Origin: Trichosphaerium sp. ATCC 40318
Taxonomy: Eukaryota; Protista; Tubulinea
DNA length: 64,000 nt
Reading direction: 5' to 3'
NCBI GenBank assembly: GCA_038496445.1
Contig: JALMLS010000571.1
Span: 62,001 to 126,000, forward strand
Below are positions 38,368 to 51,108 of the stretch, in pieces; position 1 is the stretch's first letter; the number at the start of each line of letters is the position of its first letter. Below the pieces are notes generated by a model. That model had not been told where the DNA came from and searched no databases. It saw nothing but the letters and a program-made list of their open reading frames with translations. Made by a program: the position numbers and the translations under genes.

Positions 38368-40848
38368 ATGAGCGTAATTAAAGCAATACGCGACTATGTC
38401 ACAAAATTAGTGAGAACAGCGCATGGCATGAAAGTGTTGCTCCTAGATAATGAAACGGTACATAAATGCGTAAACGAATAATAACGACAGTTCTAATACA
38501 ATTTTCAGACGGGCATTGTATCAATGGTATTTCCTCAATCTGAGATCCTACAAGAGGAAGTGTACTTGTTTGAACGTTTAGACACGCCAAATCGCGAAGT
38601 AAGATTATTTTGCATTAAAGTCACTAAAAAGATACTAGATAATGGCACACTTGAAGGCTGTAGCGTTCCTGAGACCAACGGAAAAAAATAAAGAGTTACT
38701 TCGCAAAGAGTTGCGTAAACCAAAATACGGTCAATACTTTCTCTGTACGTCACCCCGCCATCACAACTAAACCAACAATAACGCCCACGTCACAACAAAA
38801 AAAAAAATACCGCTGACACTTCGTTAGTTTTCACCAACGTTCTCCCACCAAAATACTTGGAGGATTTGGCTGCCGCAGACGAACATGAAGTCGTAGAGGA
38901 GGTTCAGGAGGTATACGGTGACTACTTTGCCGTAAACCACGATACATTCACGCTAAACATGGGCCCTTGCATGTCCAGCAAATCCGCAAATTGGCAGGCA
39001 TGTCAAATTTTGAATTCAAACATCATTCCGTTGATTAACATTTTGTGCAGACGAACATGGCGCGAATAGTAGATGGACTCTCTGCCTGTTGCTTATCACT
39101 TAAATTGAAACCATACATTAGATTCACAAACTCGTCAGCTATAAGTAAACAAATTGCACAGGAGTTTAAACACAGGATGGAGTCTCAAAGGTCTTTGTTC
39201 AATTTTAGATCTCAAGGTACCTTTTTTTTTTTCTCTTATTGAAAACAAGTTGTATCTGTTATTTACTTTAAAAATGAATTGACTTGTGTACATAGTTGGT
39301 ACGCCGCCTGTCATGCTTTTATTCGACAGAAAGGAAGACCTAGTAACGCCGCTACTGTTGAACTGGACATACCAAGCAATGGTGCACGAATACCTCACTA
39401 TAGACAATAATCGTGTAGACATGAGAGGCCGTCCAGGCGTCCGCAAAGAATTAGAGGTACCTAGCAACCCAACAAACGAACTGGACAAAAAAAGAAAAAA
39501 AATCTATTTTGACATGTTGCTCACGTGATCTGTAGCAAATCGTGCTTTCTCCGACTCAGGATAGTTTCTACAAATCGAGCCTATACAATAACTTTGGTGA
39601 CTTGGGTATTTCAATCAAACAGTTGGTTGATGAATACGCTGAAAAGACGAAGATTAACCAGAATATTAAATCATTGGATGACATGAAAAAGTTTATTGAG
39701 AGCTACCCAGAGTTTAAAAAACTTTCTGGAAATGTATCAAAGCATATGGCAATTATGGAGGTCCTTCAAACACAAGTTGCTGATCGTAAGCTCCTCGATA
39801 TTTCAGAATTGGAGCAGACACTTGCTTGCTCTCACGAACACGCTAAAGCGTCAAAGGTACAAAAAATTGGATGTCCCGTGAATGGATTTTGATTTGTTTT
39901 TTTTAGGCAATTTTTGAGCTTTTGGATAACCCAGCTATTGAGCCAAAGGACGCTCTACGGTGAGTAATACAGTGATATATATTTTTTTGGTAATGTTATT
40001 ATTTTGTTGGCTGACATTGGGTGTAGTGTTGTTATGCTTTATGCGCTACGATTTGAGACACATGCGTCTTCCAATTTATCACAATTCATCAGTTTGTTGC
40101 AAAGCAAGAAAGGTCTATCTGATGTAGCTGTCAGGGTACGCATACCTCATTTTGATTAGCGTTATTATACTTATGATTACGGTCAGCCTGTGAGACATTT
40201 AATTCAATATGGCGGCGCAAAGAAGAGATCTGAGGATTTGTTCGAAAATAAAAATTGGATAAAGATCGCGAGAGGACAAATCAAGCGTGGACTCTATGTG
40301 CGATCTTATTACTTCCACTTTCATCTCTGTAGACTCACATGTTTTTATAGGGAGTAACAAACATTTACACGCAACATACACCTTTGATTAAACGTGTAGT
40401 CCAAGGTATGTCCCATTAATTGAACACTTCGAGTCAAAGGGTAACCATTCGAACTAGATTTAATTAAAACTCGACTACGAGAATCGTTGTATCCCTTCGC
40501 TCTTGGCTCTCCTACTAAGGATAAACCAGCAGATATTATTTTGTTTGTCGTTGGTGGCATCACATACGAGGTAATGATCCTTTTTCTACGCTACCGCACA
40601 TGTTACATCACCATGTTGAATGAATCAAGTTCGAACCTTTTTTTAACGTGGAATTTTAGGAAGCTGCTGCGGTTCACGATTTGAACGTCGAAAACCCTAA
40701 TGTAAATATCTTCATAGGCAGTACCACCATCTTTAACACTGAGAGGTACCTAAACACTTCATGACTTTTTGAGAATCCTGAATATCGTTTTACTCATTCT
40801 ATTTGTAGTTTTATTGAACACCTGGAAGCCACAAGTAAAAGGGAGTAA
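38368..40848 (+). CDS. VPS45: Vacuolar protein sorting 45 (Sec1/Munc18 family)
   Basis: [91 protein letters not shown]. Confidence 0.96.
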
Positions 40849-41777
40849 ATTTGGAAGTGTGTACCCTTTTGTAAACCAGAACAAAAAAGTTTTATCAACC
40901 AAAATCTGTCAGTTGTATTGTTGCATCAAAAAATCCACGCATTGTGGATTAATACCAACTAAAGCCGTTGCATCCTTTGAAGAACATCTACATTAAACGG
41001 TTTTGTAAATTTGCTCAAATTAAGAACGTGGCAGCAATCAAACTTGAAGAGACTTGTGTCCTACAATACGATCTGTAGTGAATAACCCATTATCGTGCAT
41101 TTGTCTCTTGTTATCTAGTCAGTCCCACGATGTGTTGTGTATAGCTGAAAAGTTATCGAATGTTGAAATAAGGAACTGGAGAAAACGTAAGACAATAAGA
41201 GAAAAAAACAGGATTTGGATGTGACAAATCTGCTATGCCACAGTTCACAAGAATGTGATGTGATTTTAGAGTGCAAAATCAGTATGAGACGGTATCTTAA
41301 AGGCTTCCGTAAATGCATTAGAGAATGCTGAAAAACTGTTTAGTGGATATTTATTTGAAAATAAACACTCAAATCACTATATCCAAGCGTATAAAGGAGT
41401 ATCTATCTCCAAGCAAAGTAACGGTGAAGATAGTGCCGCGCCTTCAAACAATGAGGATCATCAAAAGCTTGCTCAAGAAGCAAAAGCGTACACTGTTGCG
41501 GGTTCATCAGAGTTAACAGAGCTAATCTTGGTTTGCATAGCATTTGCTTCATTTCGCAGTTCATCAACGCCTTTCTCTTTCCTCGTTGCCTTTTTTCTGC
41601 GTGTTCTATCATTGTCCGTTCTATCAAATTGTGGGACAATTTGCAGGATAATTATCCCTAAAGTGGTATCCTTAATCCCATATTGATCCGTTTCATACTT
41701 GCTCAAAACAAGCGGTCAACCCGCCTTTTGCGAAGGCTGTTGCGACTATTGCGCCATACGTTGCGGCATCATTACTT

Positions 41778-43873
41778 CTACATGCGTTTAATGGTATTTT
41801 GAGGATAAGGCTTACCTTGAGTACTGGGAGCTAAGGCCCACGCAACACTAGCATGCTTCTTTCTTGGGATGACATGGAGTTTAATATCTGGCTTTTGCCT
41901 GTATATAAATTCGGCTAACTCCTCTGGGCTGGAATCCCACCAATACGGTATGGTGATCAAGGACAATCCTATCCAGGAATAGTCAAGGCGCGGCACTATA
42001 TTGAGGCATAACAAAAATACCTGATTGTTTGCAAACAAAGTTTTTCTCCTGATCTCTCGCCTCATACACCCTTGAGGATGGTATGAACGGCATATTGTCC
42101 TTGTAGTGATGCTCACCTATTTTACTATTACTCAAATAGGGGCATGAGTGTATGTACTGAACCTTGGTATTCAAAAGCAAGGTTGTATCTTGGTACAAAC
42201 ACATCAATGAAGATTGGTGCTCCATTAGATGGTCTGTTGCCCATACAATGCTCTTCCTCTATTGACACGCCAGGAAGCACTCTGGACACCATCTCGTATA
42301 ATAGTCTTGTATAAATGAGTACATAAGACCTCATTGGATTAAAACGTGTTAGGTACCTTTGTTTTGCTTTTTTATTGCAATCAGAAAACTTAGCCCATTT
42401 CCACTTGTAGTCTGGGTGAAGGGCATTCAAGATGCGCGGAAAGTAAGCCATAATGCCACCTCCACCAACTGACTGTATTTGTTCCTGAGATACACGGTAC
42501 CTTGTAAGGAATTGTTAATATGGCTTATTGCAACGCTTGCGGCGAACCACGTGGATGGAGAATCAATCTTTAATGCTTTTTCAGCTCGCCGCATGAATCT
42601 TAACTGGTTTTTACGTCGACTCCAATAGTTTCTATTGAATCCAACATGGCCCCTGCTATAGTAACTATTAGTACGCAATAACTAATGGATTTCTTTTGGT
42701 ACTTGAATTGCCAAGTGTACGATGGATAAAGTGCCAACATAATGTTAGCCACTGAACTGTTGTATCTGAAACATTGGTCAACATACATAAAATAGAAAAC
42801 TAGGATGATCACCTCTTCAAAATCGAAGCTCCTCCTGCTTGTGCTACTTGTTCGCCGTATACACCATGCCACCCATCCAGTACCTTTACGTCCAGTTCCT
42901 GAGCAATTCGTTCTATCTTCTGCCTTTGATGACCAAGATGATCCCAGTAACCAGCTGGCATATTCCTGTCCATATGAATAAGTGATACACTTTGAAATTA
43001 TCACGTGTACCGTGAGGGCCACAGATGACCTGGATATATCGAACGTAGAGCATCCAAAGCTGAGTAATTGTGCCTGTTGTTACAAATCAGTTGAATCATC
43101 ACTCAGATGCATGACTTGCCTGTTTGGTGGGTGAACGCCACTATCTCCTGAAGCTGAAGTGATGATGTGGGCTGGTAAGCTAGTCCAATCGTCTAGTATC
43201 TTGACGTTGTGGTAGTGTCCCAAAACGTCCATGCGTTTTCTCTGATAGCCTCTAAGATCAGCAAATTCTTCAACGCGCCATGGGTTGTCAGGGTAGATTG
43301 TTTGAACAGCCACTGACAGCACACCACCGTACCTATCACGTGCTGTTAAACGCAAAAGGGTCATGCTTAAAAAAAGACTTGCTTGCTCGCTAATAGCCCA
43401 CCAGCACGCTTGGCTATAGCCTTCTGGGAAGGTATTGTATACCAAGCGTCTAGCGTCTTGATTGACAATGACATTGCCAAACTGTCAAAAAAAGCCCTTT
43501 GGTTTGGCAACTCGTCCCAAAACCCATTAGGCACATATCTAATGGGCGTTACACAATTGCTGTCGTCACATTGTCTCACCTAAATTTCCATCCAATCCAC
43601 TCATAATTGGGAAAAATAGATCGTATGGCGTCGGAAACAGAACCTTTGTATCTACTATGTAAAAATGACATTCTGTTTAACTGCGCACTTTGTTACAAGT
43701 ATCCCTCCGCCGCCAAAACGATTTAAATCAGCACAGGTACACCTATACCAATCTTCAAGGACCTTGTAGCGCAATAACTCCCCAACAGTTTCAAAACGTT
43801 TCCTTTGACTCTCAAGCGTATGCCAACGCTTCTCAGGCATTTCTTTAGCCCATAATCGCGCTGAAAAGCGCAT
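41778..43873 (-). CDS. Five ~70-aa W..QR..DWY..GG..Y..YP..W repeats plus C-terminal PD-(D/E)xK/Vsr/RAP-like nuclease domain
   Basis: Hand-spliced in frame over 10 introns; nuclease core IDVFVPRYNLAFEYQGEHHY..RDQEK..C..GLSLITIPYWWD. The end may be 41746 if the last GTAAGC donor is used. Confidence 0.85.
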
Positions 43874-43978
43874 AACAAGTGCGAGTAGTTGTTCAACAAA
43901 CGCAACAAAAGTATTTTTTGTTTCAGTCAAAATTTGTATTTTTGTTGTTATTTTCTTTCTTTTACAACTTTTTTGGTC

Positions 43979-45569
43979 CTACAATAACATTGTCTGTGGG
44001 TTAGCCAGGTAACCAGCCAACTTGCTCAAAAATTGTGCAGCCTCATCTGAAGTGACAGCACGACGATCACTTGATAAAGTGACTCTCATGTTAGTAAGCT
44101 GCTTTGGTTTTCCGTCCTCTCCAACAATCAATGTCTTCTTTGATCCGCCGACAGCCAAAATACATGCCTATTTTCTCGTCAATTACCGCCACTGCCCTTA
44201 CAAGGTGCCTTACCTGAGGGATATTGATTACTGCTGTAAACTCTGAGATACCAAACATGCCGAGATTTGATATGGTGAAGGTACCACCCTATAAAAAGTG
44301 TTACAACCAATATTTATTCAACGAACTCGCTGGGTTTTTAGCGTACTTGGTACTCTGCAGGAGCGAGGGTACCTGCCTTTGCTTTACCAGCCAAAGTCTA
44401 TACATACAATAAACGTTGTGCCATCAACAATAGTACAATACCTTGACCATCTGACCAATTTCACGTAAATTTTTGTGGTTTGTGTTAGGTATGATAGGCG
44501 TAATCAATCCTCCGTCTGTTCACCCAGTTAATTTGCAAAAAACCAATTTATGACGTACCAATAGCGACAGCAACAGATACATCTACAGTGTCATATAACT
44601 TGGTCTTGGTTGTGTCGTCAGAAAAGGCAATAAAGACAAAAAGAAAATAAAGTACCTCTTTTGTTTTTTCATTAAAAGAAGCATTGACTTGAGGTACATC
44701 AGCAAGCGCCAAAGACGCTGCTTTAATAATGAAATCATTGAGAGATAATTTGACCTCTCCAGTTGCTATGTTCGTATGTATAAGCCACAAAGAATAATAG
44801 ATGCAGGTGGGTACCATTGATAGCTTTTCTGAAACTGAGAAGTTTGGAAATGTCAATATCTTGAGTCGTGTACTCATGTGGAACGGTGTATCTGTCAAAG
44901 TGTCAAAAAGTTTTTTACGCTCAAAAGGCATGTACAAAAAATCGTACTTGGATTGTGTGAGCCTGTCAGCGATGACACGTCGCATTTGGGATGTGTCCAT
45001 GTCTTTGAACTGAAAAATGTGTTAAAGTTGCTCGTGCGCTGTTTTAACTGCACCTTTGGTTTCTTTCCAACTGGTTGACTGTGTTTTTGTTGTGTAGGTG
45101 TTGGTGCGGCCTATTATCGTTATAAGTAAATCAATGACCACTGTGGTCATAGAGTGTACCGATTTTGATGGTTTTGGCGCTGCAGCAGATCCTCCGCCTA
45201 CATACAGGTTATTCACCTCAAGCTCGAAAAGAACGGTACCCATACCTTGCAAGTACGCTAGGACGTCTCCTTTCAACAACATTCCTCTCTTTCCCGTTCC
45301 CGTTATTGCTGATGGTGCCAAATTGTTCTCAAAAAGTAGCCTGCGCACTGAAGGAAGTAATACTGGGCTGTTGGACGCGGTTGCATTTCCTACATGTATG
45401 TCACAAACTCGCCAAGCATTAAAAACCGCTACAATATGTTCATAAAGTTATAAATAAACGCACTCGTAGGTGTAGAGTGGAAATATTTGGATGATTTACG
45501 TGAGTTTCTCTTCGCTGCAACACCACCACTGAGCTGTCTGGAAGCTACTCGTAGACCGCTTGTTAGCAT
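43979..45569 (-). CDS. PDHX: Pyruvate dehydrogenase E3-binding protein (protein X)-like, no lipoyl domain
   Basis: Presequence [14 protein letters not shown], then [29 protein letters not shown]; 2-oxoacid acyltransferase fold ([33 protein letters not shown]); DHR replaced by DRR. Confidence 0.85.
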
Positions 45570-45695
45570 GGTAGGAGAAAGGCCCGCTAATTAATGTTAC
45601 GGCGAATGTTAAAGACTTTTTTTGGTTTTCACGCAACCTTTACACTAAACAACAGACCGAACAACACAAAGCAGAGAAACTAAGTTACGACCGTT
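45570..45695. promoter_or_regulatory. Putative bidirectional promoter (PDHX / PH-like gene)
   Basis: Divergent ATGs 126 nt apart. Confidence 0.45.
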
Positions 45696-46814
45696 ATGAG
45701 TAGTAAAACTGCAAACAGGCACAAAAACAACAATTGCAACAGAACACAACAGTTTTAACTCTGTTGCGTTTGTAGAATATCCTCCAACCCATTCCTTGAT
45801 GTATCACCGCTTGATCTACAGCGTATCAAAACTACAGCTCAACCTATTGGAATCCAAGCCGGAGAAATATCATTTCCTTGCAAGGTACCAACGGTTCATT
45901 GTCGGTTATTTTGTGACGTGATATTTTAAGGTTGTATTCGAAAAGCAAAAAGAAGACCGAATGCTCGTGTTAAATACTTCAGGTTGCGCAAACTGATATA
46001 AAATACTGTTTTATAACATAAAGTACACAGGAATTCGACTTTTGTGGCCTCGATCTCTAGTATGGACAACTTCACATAATTGCAATAACTTGTCATTTTT
46101 TAACGTTCATTTAGGAACAAATAAAGGTGTTCACGTGGACCAGAATATGGAGCTTCGATTTTAACATCCATAAATCTTTTCACTTTGTCTGGGCTCCACG
46201 AGTACGTTCTACCTAGATGGAACTACACGTAGCTCATCCAACTTTATAGGGAGGGGAACGGGAAGCATACACATTTAGGATGTACAATGATAAAGATGTT
46301 AGTTAGTTTGTTGGTAAATCAATTGATTCTTACTGCCATTGTAGGTGGAAGAAATAAAGACCTACGTGGCTGAATTTGTTACAAAAGTGGTTCAAAAAAA
46401 GAATCCAGAAATAGGTACTGGGCGTGTTGCTATTGAGAGCGCTAAACAAAAGTACAATAGATGCAAAGGAGGTGGCAGAATCTTTAGGGTACAATTTCTT
46501 TAACCTATGTTATCTGACTTGGAATAAGGCGAAAGAAACCAAAGTCTTCTCGATCACCTGGAGGCATACCTCCATTGAGTTTTAAAATAGAAAAAGCAAA
46601 GTCAGCACGGGTAATGTCAAAAACAAAGGACATATTAAAGTCTCCACGCATATTTCACCGTAAAAAGTCGCCTCGCGCACTCCCAGATGTCATGGAAGAG
46701 ACACAAAACTTTCCACGAAGCCGCTCAATGGTGTACGTTAGAGCCAAAACAACAATCAATCGTATTAAACTTGTAAATAGGAGCGATGACAGCGTGGTTG
46801 GCTTGGATATTTAG
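45696..46814 (+). CDS. Hypothetical protein with PH/PTB (FERM-C)-like domain and basic SP-rich tail
   Basis: Spliced FPCKVVFEKQKEDRMLVLNTSGIRLLWPRSLEQIKVFTWTRIWSFDF has a PH-fold-like strand pattern; C-terminal KSPR repeats. Confidence 0.55.
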
Positions 46815-46920
46815 ATTAAGATATGGATTGCCTATCCAAAAAAAGATAAAAACTTGTTGTAAATCCGTTTGGTTTAATGTTACAATAAACAAACATGTAT
46901 GTAAGTATGATGTATATAAA

Positions 46921-48986
46921 CTATACTCTTTGGAGGAAAAGACGCTTCTCATCATCATTGTCAAAATGTGGTACAAATTTGATCTAGATATTGAAAACAG
47001 TTTAGTTCAAATCCATTTGTAACGCTACAATACAAAGACGTACCGTGTAGACCTTTTCAAAGCCTTCGTCTTCAGTAGGCGGAGCAAGTTTCTTCCAGAA
47101 TATGCGGTACGCTACCATAGGTACACGACGCGTTGCTCCATTTGTCATTTTCTGCAAAAAGAGCAATTAGTGAATGAATACACGTGCATAAAAAACAGTA
47201 GTAAACGTACAACACGGAAGTAGTTGAGGTGGGCAGATAATTCTTTAGATGTATCAAAATAGAGCGCACGTGCTGTTATGCCAGCATTTTCAGCAAGTGC
47301 CAGGTACTTAGCGCGGGTAGCCGCATCAGGATTAGTGTTGTCAATGATAACGCTCTTTCCTTCAGCCAAAGCAGCTTTTGTACTCTTAATACACTTTGCT
47401 GCTGTATGCAAAGTATCCTATCAAGAGACTTAAATAAACCCAATCAAAACAAGTTGGCGTACTCGGTTGATGTGTACATAACCTTTTGGGACAAAATGTT
47501 TTTTGGCAAATCGCGATTTACCAGATGCAGCTTGACCAACTAATCACAGGACAATCAGTAAACAAACAGTCGAACAAAAACTTACCGTTAATGATCATCT
47601 CTTGATCATCAACACTTAGAAGTTCTTCTAGATCAACTTGCTCTTCATCTACATACACGTGAGCAATCATTTGTTGTGCGTAATGCTTGTGTCAATCACT
47701 TACCTTCGTCAAACTCTTCTAAGAACGCTTTGGGATCCAGTCCACCTACTCAAAGGGTTAACTAGGTATTAATGGTAATACACTTGCCCCATTCCCATTT
47801 GTCAGTGGGTTCTTCGCCGAAAAAGAATTCTTCTGGTGTCTGAAATTCTACACCAACATTGAATGCAAATTTCCTTTTTACAAGAATTTTTAGCAAATAT
47901 TTAAGAAGGATGTGCAATCTCTAACCTGTCACCACAAGAGAAGTCCTTCTTAGAACCAGTACCATTCCATCCTTTTGCACGGCCTGCAGCATCACCAACA
48001 TACATGCACTGATCTACATCAATCTCAACGCCGTCATTGTAGTCTGACACCATTCTCTGGAATTTACTAAGGTCAATACAACTCAAACATAGTGGTACAC
48101 GCACATCCCACATGGTGGTGTTGGGTTTACGGAACGCATCTTCAGCGGCCTGAAACAAGAAGCATTAAGATACCAAGAAAAAAAGGACGATTCTTGGCAC
48201 GTACTGCGATGTAGCCTTGTATTGGGAATCCCAAGTCTCTGGCTATATCCAATATCTTTCCAGTAATATCTATACGGTATTTTAGTGAAATTTAGGGAGC
48301 GTGTCATTTCGAGGTTTGCAATACCTGAAAGTTTTTGCCTTTTCTTCTCAATGCCTCCTTGATTTGTAAAGATAACAATTTTTACGCTACACGTCTTAAT
48401 TTAAGGCACTGGGAAGCATTCTTGTACGTACCCTTCTTTGTTGAGTTCTTCTAATTTTGGTTTGACCGTGTCATCCAACCACTCCCAATCTCTTAAAGCA
48501 AAGTTAGTTTGCTATAGATAAGTAAACGCGTACCCTCGCGATTGAGGAAATTTAGCACCGCTTGAAGGTTTGACAAGGGTGTGATCCATGTCAAAAGCGA
48601 TAATTTTGCTGTTGCCCTTTATTTTTGAAGAATCGCATACGTAGAATGTTTCGTCACCATTAACGTTTTCAATGGCTACCAGGAAATTAACGAACTGAAA
48701 AATTTTGCTTGGAACTTTTTTAAATGGCATCAAACGTTTGTAATGTCGTTGGTGAGTGCGAAATGCGCATCAGTTTTTTTTACAGATGTTCATAAAACAA
48801 ATTCACTTTGTGCACTAGCTACGTATGCGAGCGCGCGACGTACCTTGCCATTGCATCCCAAAATCACCTGATACAAGTGTTAAACGCCAAAACGAAAGGT
48901 CTGTTTAACGCACCTTTAAATGCGTCTGTCTTTGCCTTTTTATTGGCGGCGTTTGCTGCTCTCGAACTACGTTTCCTCTTAGACAT
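46921..48986 (-). CDS. PNKP: Bifunctional polynucleotide 3'-phosphatase/5'-kinase (no FHA domain seen)
   Basis: AFDMDHTL, IFTNQGG, FRKPNTTMW, YVGDAAGR..KKDFSCGDR..FQTPEEFF, P-loop VGQAASGKS, IIDNTNPDAATR. Confidence 0.95.
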
Positions 48987-49085
48987 GTTGTGGCTGTTGT
49001 ATTTTCTTGAAAAAAACAGCTTTGGCGGTTTAAAGTTAAGTCGTCATTGGCATGTTGATTTAAGGGAACATAGCGTTCAGGCAAG
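48987..49085. promoter_or_regulatory. Putative bidirectional promoter (PNKP / EIF2B2)
   Basis: Divergent ATGs 99 nt apart. Confidence 0.6.
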
Positions 49086-50692
49086 ATGAGCATGTTGACA
49101 ACTAAGCTCAAACAGTTCACTAGTTCTCTACAGCGAGGGTACATAGCGCCTCACAGCGATTAAACAAAGAATTAACGTTGTTTGTATTAATTCAACATAG
49201 AACAGTTACAGGCTCCTTTAATACAGCTGTACAGACTCTTGAAATATTAAGAGGTACCCAAATAGATAACCTATACCCTGACTAACAGTACAGAGTTTAT
49301 CGCTGCTGGAAAATGGGCTTCGGCTGAAGAATTGATCAATGTAATAAAGACAGACTGTAAAATCGTCACTGACGCAAAGCCATTGGAACTAGCTGTCGGT
49401 AACATGGTTAGACGCATATTACACATAATTCGTGAAGAGTACTATGAGTACAGTGACGAAGAAGCGCGTGAGCAAGAAGATGCCCCAAACGCTGAACAAA
49501 AGTTTTCTGCAGTCAAAAGGGCTTCCTCAATGATTGACATATTGGAGAGAGATTCCAGTGCGTTAATAGTCAAATCGTTTTATGCCTGACAAGACTGTAC
49601 AGAACGTCAATCCTTCTCAAACACATACACAAACCTCAAAACAAGGATTTTAGAAGGTGTAAACGCAGAAAAAGCTGACTTAGACGATGTTTATGTTCAA
49701 ATAGCCGACCAAGGTAACACAACTTTTACGCCTGCTGCAACTTTCCTAACCCCTCTACTCGCATAGCACTTGAGCACATACACTCCAAGTACGCCACCAA
49801 AACAATGAATATTGGTAAATTGACAGCCGTGTTAGTGAAGTAATTTTGACATTTGGCAAATCAAGAACTGTTACAGAGTTCCTAAAGGCTGCTGGTAGAA
49901 AAAGAAAGTTTGAAGTGCTCGTAGCAGAGTCAGTACCTTCGTATGTCCTTTTTACATCCACTTGCCATTCACAATACACTCCTTGACTTTTTTTTAGATA
50001 CTACGGACACGAACTCGCTCTTGAACTGTCAGAGTCCAACATTCAAACCACACTAGTAACAGGCACGTTCTCATTGCATTAAAGTTGCATTTTCAAAATA
50101 TTTTGACCATAACTGCTGACGCATACTCGCAGATTCGGCAGTCTTCGCCCTGATGGCACGTGTTAATAAGGTAATTGTTGGGACGCATGCAGGTACATGA
50201 CACTTGCTGCTTCTACAGGTTAACGATATTTTTTTTCAGTTATGGCAAATGGAGGCCTCATTGCCCACCCAGGTACACACATGCTCGCTCAAGCTGCAAA
50301 ACATCACTCCATCCCATTTGTGGTGTGCACTGGCCTTTACAAATTAAGTCCAGAATTTCCACAAAGGTAGGTCATCAATACAACACGTGCACATGTTTGA
50401 AATAGTGGTTCTTATTGTGATTATCTAGCTACACAAAGCTAGGAACATTTAGCGAACTGAACAACCCTAACGAAATCATGGACTTTACAGAAGGTGAAGC
50501 TGTTGCTGAGGTTCGCGTATGTAATCCAGCTTGGGATTATGTCCCTCCAGAGCTCGTTAGCCTATACCTCACAAACAGGTGCCCTTGTAGCTATTTTCTT
50601 TATTAAATTTTAACAATCATTGTAGCGGTGGTCACTCGCCAACGTATATTTACAGGCTGTTGGCTGAGGTTTACTCGCCTGAAGACCTTTAA
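49086..50692 (+). CDS. EIF2B2: Translation initiation factor eIF2B beta subunit
   Basis: [84 protein letters not shown]. Confidence 0.96.
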
Positions 50693-51108
50693 AATAAAAT
50701 AACATCACTCAACACATGATTTGTTAGTAACTGTACTATTCTCGACAGCAAAATCAACGTAATACGAGATGCTACACTATTGGAATTAGAAGCGTGTTAC
50801 ACCCACACAACGCTACACGTGCACCACAAACTAGTTGCGTGCGGTTGAATGCAATGCCCACAATATAGTCAATAAGCTCAATAACATGTTGATGAAAACG
50901 TGAATCCTCACGTGTAATGGTGATGGTCAGACCCATCCTTATGACGTTTCCAGTAAGGCTGCAGATTCACCACTGTCACGTCGAGTCTCTAGGAATTAAC
51001 TTTCATGCCACAATTGCCGTGCCTAGTTATTCAAATAAGCATTTGACTTTTTTTGAAAAAAGTGTAGTGTTGTTTTTTTCTCGCAGTTATTTTGCTTTTT
51101 CTTTGGCA

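Noticed and set aside
41666-41675. GTATCCTT, a U12-type 5' splice-site match
   Set aside because: It is not in a validated gene and has no properly placed U12 branch point; no AT-AC intron was needed in any model.
41778-43873. Repeat-nuclease gene as a transposon or homing element
   Set aside because: No terminal repeats, target-site duplication, transposase or RT seen; it has ten host-type introns, so it looks like a resident gene.
48680-48843. Long PNKP intron as a snoRNA host
   Set aside because: A CTGA is present but there is no convincing C box or terminal stem; it needs a covariance-model scan.
50917-51108. 64-aa N-terminal extension of SF3B6 in the ORF track
   Set aside because: Similarity starts at ATG 51109; the upstream part is T-rich, UTR/promoter-like sequence.
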